Source: Myxococcales bacterium
Lineage (GTDB): Bacteria > Myxococcota_A > Polyangia > Polyangiales > Polyangiaceae
Direction of reading: 5' to 3'
Length of the DNA: 32,000 nt
Assembly (NCBI GenBank): GCA_005777185.1
Contig: SXNL01000208.1
Span: forward strand, 1-32,000
Below the pieces are notes generated by a model that was given only the letters and a program-made list of their open reading frames with translations, made no database searches and was not told where the DNA came from. The translations under genes and the position numbers were made by a program. This document shows, piece by piece, positions 10,095 through 16,840 of this stretch (its first letter is position 1; each line of letters begins with the position of its first letter).

Positions 10095-11756
10095 CTATCT
10101 GGCCAGGACGGCGATCGCGGCGGCGAGGGCGACCACCACGCCGACCCCGATGGCGATCATCTGGTAAGGCGGCGGCGCCTTGATGGGGGTGGAGGCGTCG
10201 TCCACGGCCGGCTTGCCCTTGCGCGCGTCGCTCTTTCCGTCGGCCGCGCGGTCGCTCTCGGCCCTCCGGCTCGGCTCCGCCCTCCGGCTCGGCTCCGCCT
10301 TGCGGGGCGGCTCCGTCTTGCGCGGCGGCTCCGCCTTGGCCGGCTCCGACCTGCCGGGCTTGGTGCTGGCGGGGGGGGGCGTGTCGCCGTCGTCGCCCGG
10401 GTCGTCCGTCTCCCCCTGGTCGGTCTTTCGGGGAGGCGGCCGGGTGGGGGCCTTCTTCTGGTCGGCCTCGGCCTTCTTCTCCTCGACGCGCCTGGCCTTC
10501 TGGCGCTGCTTGGCAAGCTCGCGCTTCTTCCGGCGGCGCTCGGCCTTGTCGTGGTCCTTCTTCTTGCGCGCGGCGTCGCGCTCCTCGCGGGACTTGTGCT
10601 GCGGGCGCTCGCTGGGGTCGGGGGGGAGGGAGCGCGTCTCCCGTCCACTGTCCGCCGACGGTCGTCCGCTGTCTGCCGACGGTCGTCCGCTGTCCGGCGT
10701 CGCCGGTCCACCATCCACCGTCCGCTGCCCGCGCGCAGATCCGGATTTCGGGAGCTCGGGCTTGGCCTCGGCCTTGGGCGGGGCGACCTTCGGGGGCTCG
10801 ACCTTCGGGGGCTCGACCTTCGGGGGCTCGACCTTCGGGGGCTCGGCCTTCGGGGGCTCGGCCTTCGGGGGCTCGGCCTTCGGGGGCTCGGCCTTCGGGG
10901 CCTCGACCTTCGGGGGCTCGGCCTTCGGGGGCTCGGCCTTCGGGGGCTCGGCCTTCGGGGCCTCGACCTTCGGCGGCTCGAACCGGGGCCGGTCGACCCT
11001 GGCCCCGGCCGACTGCAGAGGTTCGGCCTTCGGAGGTTCGGCCCTGAGGAGGGTTGACGGCCTCGGCGGTTCGGGCTTGGCGGGCTGGAATCTGGGCAAG
11101 CTCGGCGGCTTCGGGGGCTCGGCCTTGGCGACCGCCGGCGGCTTCGGGGGCTCGGCCTTGGCGACCGCCGGCGGCTTCGGGGGCTCGGCCTTGGCGACCG
11201 CCGACGGCTTCGGGGGCTCGGCCTTGGCGACCGCCGGCGGCATCGGCGGTTCAGCCGCTCTGGCCCTCGGCAAGCTCGTCGGCTTCGAAGGCTTTTGCGG
11301 AGGCGCCAGGGGAAAGGCGGCCTCTACGCGAGCAGACGAGGGTGAGGGCGGCCTCGGAGCAGGGGGGCTGGGCGACGGTGCCGAGGGCTCGGTGGACGTC
11401 GGCGGCTGCCGCAGGGGGCGGGCCTCGGTGGCGGGCGTCGGTGGCGACGGCGGGAGCGGGAGCTGGAGCTGGGACGCCTTCGCGACCTGCGCGGGAGGCG
11501 CGATCTTCGCGATCCAGGCCTCCGGCTTGACGGAGACCCACCCGACGTCCCTCGCCGGCTCGGCCGCGAGCGGTGCGGCCTCTCGCTGCTTCGACTCGTC
11601 CTTCGTGGGGATCGTCGTCGGCTCGACGGCGAGCGGTGCCGCTTCCGGCTCCTTCGACTCGTCCTTGGTGGTGATCGTCGGGAGATCCCAGTCCTCCTCG
11701 AGCGCGTCGAGCAACGCGCGGTCGCCGTCGGGCGGATCTTTCCCGGAGGGATCCAT
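10095..11756 (-). CDS. Tail-anchored proline-rich repeat protein (PEVK-like (A/V)E(P/A)PK pentapeptide arrays, charged coiled segment, single C-terminal TM helix)
   Basis: 553-aa ORF with G/C-ending codons (unit GCC GAG CCC CCG AAG). The N-terminus is acidic and has no signal peptide (MDPSGKDPPDGDRALLDALEEDWD..). Repeats include AKAEPPKPPAV x4 and (A/V)E(P/A)PK x about 14. A K/R/E-rich stretch follows (..REERDAARKKKDHDKAERRRKKRELAKQRQKARRVEEKKAEADQKK..). The C-terminus is hydrophobic (YQMIAIGVGVVVALAAAIAVLAR). The overlapping + strand ORFs (9900-11057, 10180-12384) translate to implausible low-complexity products. Confidence 0.75.
   Translation of the reverse strand: MDPSGKDPPDGDRALLDALEEDWDLPTITTKDESKEPEAAPLAVEPTTIPTKDESKQREAAPLAAEPARDVGWVSVKPEAWIAKIAPPAQVAKASQLQLPLPPSPPTPATEARPLRQPPTSTEPSAPSPSPPAPRPPSPSSARVEAAFPLAPPQKPSKPTSLPRARAAEPPMPPAVAKAEPPKPSAVAKAEPPKPPAVAKAEPPKPPAVAKAEPPKPPSLPRFQPAKPEPPRPSTLLRAEPPKAEPLQSAGARVDRPRFEPPKVEAPKAEPPKAEPPKAEPPKVEAPKAEPPKAEPPKAEPPKAEPPKVEPPKVEPPKVEPPKVAPPKAEAKPELPKSGSARGQRTVDGGPATPDSGRPSADSGRPSADSGRETRSLPPDPSERPQHKSREERDAARKKKDHDKAERRRKKRELAKQRQKARRVEEKKAEADQKKAPTRPPPRKTDQGETDDPGDDGDTPPPASTKPGRSEPAKAEPPRKTEPPRKAEPSRRAEPSRRAESDRAADGKSDARKGKPAVDDASTPIKAPPPYQMIAIGVGVVVALAAAIAVLAR
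10269..10340. repeat. 18-bp tandem repeat x4 (codes AEPSRR/TEPPRK hexapeptides on minus strand)
   Basis: The units are ctcggctccgccctccgg / ctcggctccgccttgcgg / ggcggctccgtcttgcgc / ggcggctccgccttggcc, read directly from the sequence. Confidence 0.8.
10648..10710. repeat. 21-bp tandem repeat x3 (codes DSGRPSA heptapeptides on minus strand)
   Basis: The units are ctgtccgccgacggtcgtccg / ctgtctgccgacggtcgtccg / ctgtccggcgtcgccggtcca (the last is degenerate). Confidence 0.75.
10767..10980. repeat. 15-bp tandem repeat, about 14 units (codes (A/V)E(P/A)PK pentapeptides on minus strand)
   Basis: The unit is g(a/g)ccttcggggg(c)ctc, repeated head-to-tail across 10767-10980. Only a/g and g/c variants occur, which switch A<->V and P<->A. 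Confidence 0.9.
11104..11235. repeat. 33-bp tandem repeat x4 (codes AKAEPPKPPAV 11-mers on minus strand)
   Basis: The unit ggcggcttcgggggctcggccttggcgaccgcc occurs at 11104, 11137 and 11170 (one substitution), with a degenerate fourth copy from 11203. Confidence 0.85.
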
Positions 11757-11764
11757 TCAGGCGG

Positions 11765-11793
11765 ACCATAGGAAATTACGTGAAAAATCGCAA
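11765..11793 (-). promoter_or_regulatory. Candidate sigma70-type promoter (TTGCGA-N17-TATGGT) placed for a leaderless or very short-leader transcript of the repeat-protein gene
   Basis: Reverse complement of 11788-11793 is TTGCGA, followed by a 17-nt A/T-rich spacer, and the reverse complement of 11765-11770 is TATGGT. Only 8 nt separate the -10 from the ATG at 11756, and there is no Shine-Dalgarno sequence. Confidence 0.45.
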
Positions 11794-11807
11794 CTTCGCA
11801 CGACGTC

Positions 11808-12662
11808 CTACCGATCCGGCCCGCAGCGAGCACGCGCGAGGAGGGCGTGGCAGAACAGCGCGAGCGCCGGCGGATGCTGCGCGAAGAACAGCGAGGGCTC
11901 GACCAGCTCGAGCTCCATGAGGACCAGGGATCCGTCGCTCTCCCGCGCGAGGTCCACGCGCGCGTACAGCGGCGGAGCGGGCTGGGTGGCGAGCACCCTG
12001 TGGGCCAGCGCACGCTCGTCCTCGGCGATCGGCATCACGGACACGGACTCCTCCTGGCCGGTGAAGCGCGGGCTCTTCCGGACCGCGTGCGTCGGCGTTC
12101 CCTCGATGCAGACGATCGCGCGCTCGCCCTCGCCGTCGACCGAGGCGACGTACGGCTGGACCATGACGTCCCGTTCGCGCGCGTGCACCGCGAGCTCGCC
12201 CCCCACGAGATCCGCGACCCGGTACGCGTGCGTCTCGAACGAACCCGCCGACACCCGCGGCTTGACGACGACCCTCGACCATCCGCGCCGCTGCACGATC
12301 TCGCGAAGCTCGGCCTCCGATCCGCGGGGGACGTGCTCCGTGGGCACGACGGGGATGCCTCGCTGCTCGAGCTCGCGGAGGTAAGCCTTGTCCGAGTTCC
12401 AGCGCACCGTGGCCGGGTCCGCGAACAGCCGCGTCCTCCGCGAGGTTCGCTCCGCCCAGGCCACGAAGCCCTCCCGGTCCAGGTGGTAGTTCCACGTGGA
12501 CCGCAGCACGGCGACGTCGAATCGCGTGTAGTCTACATGAACATCGTCCCACGCGACGACCTCCGGCTCGGTCCCCCGCGCGCGCAGCGCGGCGACCAGG
12601 AGGGGCTCGTCCAGGTCGGGCTCGGGGAGGACGACGCAGCTGACGATCGCGATCCGGAGCAT
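11808..12662 (-). CDS. ATP-grasp fold ligase (RimK/YheC-D-like), 284 aa
   Basis: Start at ATG 12662 (MLRIAIVSCVVLPEPD..). The longer track ORF (to 13190) would overlap the divergent metalloprotease gene. ATP-grasp motifs present: RVVVKPRVSAGSFETH, DVMVQPYVASV, GERAIVCIEG, and YARVDLARESDGSLVLMELELVEPSLFF. Confidence 0.8.
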   Translation of the reverse strand: MLRIAIVSCVVLPEPDLDEPLLVAALRARGTEPEVVAWDDVHVDYTRFDVAVLRSTWNYHLDREGFVAWAERTSRRTRLFADPATVRWNSDKAYLRELEQRGIPVVPTEHVPRGSEAELREIVQRRGWSRVVVKPRVSAGSFETHAYRVADLVGGELAVHARERDVMVQPYVASVDGEGERAIVCIEGTPTHAVRKSPRFTGQEESVSVMPIAEDERALAHRVLATQPAPPLYARVDLARESDGSLVLMELELVEPSLFFAQHPPALALFCHALLARARCGPDR

Positions 12663-12682
12663 CCAGCGATGGGTACCGTGCC

Positions 12683-12711
12683 TCGCCAACCGCGCGTTTC
12701 GCAAGTATAAT
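12683..12711 (+). promoter_or_regulatory. Candidate sigma70-type promoter (TCGCCA-N17-TATAAT) for the metalloprotease operon
   Basis: A perfect TATAAT lies at 12706-12711, and TCGCCA (4/6 match to TTGACA) lies at 12683-12688 with a 17-nt spacer. The -10 ends 9 nt before the TTG start at 12721, and no Shine-Dalgarno sequence is present. Confidence 0.45.
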
Positions 12712-12720
12712 CCCACCTGC

Positions 12721-13692
12721 TTGTCTTCGCGTCCTCGCCACCCGGGCCTCCTCGCCGCCGCGCTCGCGCTCGCGCTGGCCTTCGCCGCGGGCAACGCCGA
12801 CGCCTTCTGCCGGTCCGTCACGTGCCGCAGCACGGAGTCGAAGCCCTGCGCGACGGACGCGAACGGCTGCGGGACGAGCGGCCACAAGCTCTTCTGGAAG
12901 ACCTCGTGCATCCAGTTCAACCTCCACAAGGCCGGCACGCAGCAGGTGGCCATCGAGCTGGCCCGCAAGGCCGTGACGAGGTCGTTCCAGGCCTGGAGCG
13001 CCGTCGACTGCGGCGGCGGCAAGCAGGCCACCATGACGTTCTCCCCCGGCGAGGACGTGAGCTGCAGGGTCAGCCAGTACAACAGCAAGGCGCCGAACGT
13101 GAACGTGATCTTCTTCCAGGACGACAACTGGAAGTACCGGGGCGTGGACGGCACGCTCGCCAAGACGAGCGTCACGTACAACGACGACACGGGAGAGATC
13201 TACGACGCCGACATCGAGGTCAACAGCGCGAACAACCTCGTCACCGTCACGGACGACGCCGCGGCGACCAAGTACGATCTCCAGGCGATCCTCACCCACG
13301 AGGTCGGCCACTTCATCGGGATCGCGCACACGCAGGACGCGTCGGCGACGATGTTCCCCAGCTATTCGCCTGGATCCGTCACCCAGCGCGTGCTCGCGCC
13401 CGACGACAAGAAGGCGGTCTGCGCGGCGTACCCGCCCGATCGCGTCGCGACGTGCGATCCCACACCGCGCGGCGGCTTCTCGGGGACCTGCACGGAAACG
13501 GGCGGCGCTGGCTCGTCCTCGTCGTCCTCTTCTTCCGGCTGCGCGGTCGCGCCCGAAGCCGAGGCGAGCCGGGACGCGTCCGGAGGTACGACCATCCCGT
13601 TCGTGCTCGGGGCGCTCGGGCTCGGTTGGCTCGTCCGCCCGCGATCCAGGAAGCGTGAGCCCGCCTCGACTGCAAGGGAGACCGTCCGATGA
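12721..13692 (+). CDS. Secreted matrixin-like (M10 metzincin) zinc metalloprotease with MYXO-CTERM-like C-terminal tail
   Basis: Signal peptide GLLAAALALALAFAAGNADA. Zinc site HEVGHFIGIAH (HExxHxxGxxH) plus a Met-turn, ATMFPSY. The C-terminus is a poly-Ser run, then GC, then a spacer, a hydrophobic helix (IPFVLGALGLGWLV) and a basic tail (RPRSRKRE), which resembles the MYXO-CTERM tripartite sorting tail. The TTG start at 12721 is the only in-frame start upstream of the signal peptide. Confidence 0.85.
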   Translation: MSSRPRHPGLLAAALALALAFAAGNADAFCRSVTCRSTESKPCATDANGCGTSGHKLFWKTSCIQFNLHKAGTQQVAIELARKAVTRSFQAWSAVDCGGGKQATMTFSPGEDVSCRVSQYNSKAPNVNVIFFQDDNWKYRGVDGTLAKTSVTYNDDTGEIYDADIEVNSANNLVTVTDDAAATKYDLQAILTHEVGHFIGIAHTQDASATMFPSYSPGSVTQRVLAPDDKKAVCAAYPPDRVATCDPTPRGGFSGTCTETGGAGSSSSSSSSGCAVAPEAEASRDASGGTTIPFVLGALGLGWLVRPRSRKREPASTARETVR

Positions 13693-14960
13693 AGCCCGCC
13701 CTCCGCGCCATGAACCTCCTCGCCGCCATCTTCCCCCCCGTCGCAGCGCTGGCCCTCGCGGGCGGCCTCGCGGCCTCGTGCGCGTCCACGGCGGCGGCTC
13801 CGCCGTCGAACGACCGCATCTGCACGCCGGGCAACTTCGTGGTGTGCCTGTGCGCCGACGCGGTGACGCAGGGGACCAAGCTGTGCCACACCGACGGGAA
13901 GTCGTTCGGCACCTGCCTCCTCGCAAACGAGAAGCCGTGCCCCGCGGGGGAGCTCGTGGACGCAGGCGCGGCCGTCGACGGCGGCTTCAACCTGGCGGAC
14001 AAGTGCACCGGTGTGTCGGTGGCCGTCGACGCCAACAAGGACAAGACGCTCGAGGGCGACACCACGCCCGCCGTCGACGACTACGAGGGCAAGGCGGGCG
14101 CGTGCGCCGTCGGCAAGCAGAGCCCCGACGACGTGTACGAGCTGCTCCCGACGGCGAGCGGGCCGCTCACCGCCACCGTGAAGGGCGCGGGCGGGTTCGA
14201 TCCGACGATCTACCTCCGCGCGAGCTGCGCCGACACGGCCTCCCAGCTCGCGTGCAGCGAGACGACGGGCCCGAACGGCACCGAGACGGTGAGCACCAAC
14301 GTGATCACCGCGCAGAAGTACTACCTCGTCGTCGATGGCAAGACGGGCAGCAAGGGCAAGTACTCGCTCACCCTGTCGCTCAAGAGCGGGACCTTCTGCG
14401 GCGACGGCAAGGTCCAGGCGGGCGAGGCCTGCGATGACGGGAACAAGACCGCGGACGACGGGTGCTCGAACGACTGCCAGAGCTTCACCGGCGATCCGCC
14501 GTCGATGAACGGGTGCCCCGGGCACCCGGTCGACGTCTGGCCGGGGAAGGTCGTGACGGGGACGGGGAGCAACACGGCCGGCGCGAACACGTTCACCAAC
14601 GGCGACGGCACGTGCACCAAGGCGGGCAACAACGGCGCGCCGGAGCACGTGTACGCGGTCACCGCGCACAAGAACGGCACGATGGTCGTCACGCTCACGG
14701 GCGCCTCGTTCACGAGCGGGCATCCGATGATCCTCGTGCGCCGGACGTGCACCGATCCCAACTCGTGGGAGGAGCCGCCCGTGAACACGTGCTCTCAGCC
14801 CGGAGATCCCATCAGGATGTGCGCGAACTGCAACGGCGTCGGCCCGCCGAGCGACGAGAAGGCCGCGTTCCCCGTCGTCGACGGCACGACGTACACCGTG
14901 GCGGCCAGCGGGGCGCTGCTCGGCAAGGGGACGTACACGCTGAGCTTCGAGATCAAGTGA
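13689..14960 (+). CDS. Probable lipoprotein: Cys-rich N-terminus, two PPC-like beta-sandwich modules flanking one Myxococcus Cys-rich repeat
   Basis: ATG 13689 overlaps the upstream TGA (ATGA). The signal ends in LAASC. CGDGKVQAGEACDDGNKTADDGCSNDC matches the Myxococcus cysteine-rich (DUF4215-type) repeat. DVYELLPTASGPLTATVKG...YYLVVDGKTGSKGKYSLTLSL, and a second ..HVYAVTAHKNGTMVVTL...TTYTVAASG...GTYTLSFEI, resemble pre-peptidase C-terminal (PPC) domains. Confidence 0.8.
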   Translation: MKPALRAMNLLAAIFPPVAALALAGGLAASCASTAAAPPSNDRICTPGNFVVCLCADAVTQGTKLCHTDGKSFGTCLLANEKPCPAGELVDAGAAVDGGFNLADKCTGVSVAVDANKDKTLEGDTTPAVDDYEGKAGACAVGKQSPDDVYELLPTASGPLTATVKGAGGFDPTIYLRASCADTASQLACSETTGPNGTETVSTNVITAQKYYLVVDGKTGSKGKYSLTLSLKSGTFCGDGKVQAGEACDDGNKTADDGCSNDCQSFTGDPPSMNGCPGHPVDVWPGKVVTGTGSNTAGANTFTNGDGTCTKAGNNGAPEHVYAVTAHKNGTMVVTLTGASFTSGHPMILVRRTCTDPNSWEEPPVNTCSQPGDPIRMCANCNGVGPPSDEKAAFPVVDGTTYTVAASGALLGKGTYTLSFEIK

Positions 14961-15739
14961 TGAAGCCGATGTCTTCTCGCGCGGCGGTGGTCCTCTCCGT
15001 GCTCGGCGCCGTGGTCGCGTGCTCCTCGTCCCCGACGAAGAGCACGACACCCTGCAAGCCGAAGCTGACGGTCCTCTGCAAGTGCCAGGACGGCAGCGAG
15101 GGCCAGCAGACCTGCGAGGACGACGGCAGCAAGTTCAGCCCGTGCGATCCGTGCATACCGCCTGATCCGCTCCCGGACGCCGGCGTCGATCCCATCGACG
15201 CGGCCGACTCGGGACCGCCCGGCTGCGGCGACGGGATCGTCCAGGAACCGGAGCAGTGCGACGACAAGAACAAGACCTCGGGCGACGGGTGCAGCGCCAA
15301 GTGCGTGCTCGACGGGAACCCGGACTCGGCGCGCGCGTGTCCGGGCATGCAGGTGCACGTCTGGGACTCCGTGGTCGAGTACTCGGGGACCACGACCGTG
15401 TACGCGCAGACCTTCCGGGCGAGCCCCTCGTGCGGGGTCGACGGCGGGGCGACGTCGTCGGGCTCGACGTCCCCCGACCGCGTCTTCAAGGTGACGCCGC
15501 ACCGCCCCGGCACGCTCAAGGTCGAGACGCTGAACGCGACCTTCGACACGATGATCTACGCGGCCGAGACCTGCGCCCCCGATCTCGTCCACAAGGGCTG
15601 GTGCGCCAACGCGAAGGCGGGGAACGCCGGTGAGGTCCTCACCTTCCCCGTGTCGAGCGAGATCGCCTACTTCGTCGTCGTGGACGGGGGCGCCATCACC
15701 GTGCAGGGCAACTTCACCATCCGGTTCTCGGTCTTCTGA
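14960..15739 (+). CDS. Probable lipoprotein, shorter paralogue of the preceding gene (Cys-rich N-terminus + Myxococcus Cys-rich repeat + one PPC-like module)
   Basis: ATG 14960 overlaps the upstream TGA by 1 nt. The lipobox is VVACSS. CGDGIVQEPEQCDDKNKTSGDGCSAKC is the Cys-rich repeat. ..RVFKVTPHRPGTLKVETL...IAYFVVVDGG...GNFTIRFSV is PPC-like. The N-terminal PCKPKLTVLCKCQDGSEGQQTCEDDGSKFSPC parallels ICTPGNFVVCLCADAVTQGTKLCHTDGKSFGTC in the upstream gene. Confidence 0.8.
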   Translation: MKPMSSRAAVVLSVLGAVVACSSSPTKSTTPCKPKLTVLCKCQDGSEGQQTCEDDGSKFSPCDPCIPPDPLPDAGVDPIDAADSGPPGCGDGIVQEPEQCDDKNKTSGDGCSAKCVLDGNPDSARACPGMQVHVWDSVVEYSGTTTVYAQTFRASPSCGVDGGATSSGSTSPDRVFKVTPHRPGTLKVETLNATFDTMIYAAETCAPDLVHKGWCANAKAGNAGEVLTFPVSSEIAYFVVVDGGAITVQGNFTIRFSVF

Positions 15740-15772
15740 CGCGCCGCGCGCGCCGCGTGCTAGACAGCCCGC

Positions 15773-16840
15773 GTGAAGTTCGTCGATTCGGTCGAGATCA
15801 GGGCGATCGCCGGGAGCGGCGGGAACGGCGCGGTCGCCTTCCTGCGCGAGAAGTTCGTGCCGTTCGGCGGGCCGTCCGGCGGCGACGGCGGCAAGGGCGG
15901 CGACGTCGTCCTCGAGACGGATCCGGGCAAGTCGTCCCTCCTCGACCTGACCCACGAGAAGGTCCTGCGCGGCACGGCCGGCGAGAACGGACAGGGCAAG
16001 GACTGCTACGGCCGCGCGGGAAAGCCGTACGTCTGCCGGGTGCCGGTGGGCACGCAGGTCTTCGACGCGCTCACGGGCGAGCTCGTCGCCGACCTCTCGC
16101 GCGACGACGCGCGCTTCGTCGCCGCAGCGGGAGGCCGCGGCGGCCGGGGTAACATCCACTTCGCGACCGCAACCGACCGCGCGCCGCGACGCGCCGAGCC
16201 CGGACAGCCCGGCCAGGAGCGCGCCCTCCGGCTCGAGCTCAAGGTGATGGCGGACGTCGGGCTTCTGGGCTTCCCGAACGTGGGAAAATCGACCTTCATC
16301 CGCGCGTGCTCCGGCGCGCGCCCGAAGGTGGCGGACTATCCGTTCACGACGCTCATACCCCACCTCGGCGTCGTGAGACTGGACGACGAGCGGAGCTTCG
16401 TCCTCGCCGACATCCCGGGCCTCATCCCGGGCGCCGCCGACGGCGCCGGCCTCGGCGTGCGCTTCCTGAAGCACGTGGAGCGGACGCGCGCGCTCCTCCA
16501 CCTCGTCACGGTCGACCCCGGCGAGGATCGCGATCCGGTCGCCGACCACGCGCGGCTCATGCGGGAGCTGCGGCGGTTCGATCCAGCGCTCGCGAAGCGG
16601 CCGCAGATCGTCGCGATGTCGAAGGGCGATCTCCCGGACGTGCAGGAGGCGTATCGACGCGTGAAGCCCCTCTTCGCGAAGAAGAAGATCCGGCTCCGAC
16701 TCCTCTCGGCCGCGACCCACGAGGGTGTCGCCGCCGTGCTCGCCGATCTCGCGAAGCTGGTCGAGAAGGAGCGAGCCCTCCAGAAGCGAGCGCGCCCGGC
16801 GGACAGGCCCTCGCGTGCGAGGGGCCCGAAGGGCGCGTGA
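15773..16840 (+). CDS. obg: GTPase Obg/CgtA
   Basis: GTG start. The N-terminus has the Obg fold signature MKFVDSVEIRAIAGSGGNGAVAFLREKFVPFGGPSGGDGGKGGDVVLE. G-domain motifs present: GFPNVGKST (G1), DIPGLI (G3), and a non-canonical G4-position motif, MSKGD. Confidence 0.97.
   Translation: MKFVDSVEIRAIAGSGGNGAVAFLREKFVPFGGPSGGDGGKGGDVVLETDPGKSSLLDLTHEKVLRGTAGENGQGKDCYGRAGKPYVCRVPVGTQVFDALTGELVADLSRDDARFVAAAGGRGGRGNIHFATATDRAPRRAEPGQPGQERALRLELKVMADVGLLGFPNVGKSTFIRACSGARPKVADYPFTTLIPHLGVVRLDDERSFVLADIPGLIPGAADGAGLGVRFLKHVERTRALLHLVTVDPGEDRDPVADHARLMRELRRFDPALAKRPQIVAMSKGDLPDVQEAYRRVKPLFAKKKIRLRLLSAATHEGVAAVLADLAKLVEKERALQKRARPADRPSRARGPKGA

Noticed and set aside
10767-11235. Tandem repeats as a possible CRISPR array
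   Set aside because: The units are contiguous, with no spacers. They are 15 and 33 bp long (multiples of 3) and lie inside a coding frame, where they encode peptide repeats.
9900-12384. Plus-strand ORFs 9900-11057 (385 aa) and 10180-12384 (734 aa) across the repeat region
   Set aside because: They translate the repeats as GLRGLDLR or GGSAFGGSTF low-complexity strings and run antisense through the ATP-grasp gene. The minus-strand frame gives a coherent architecture (acidic N-terminus, PEVK-like repeats, charged helix, TM anchor) with G/C-ending codons.
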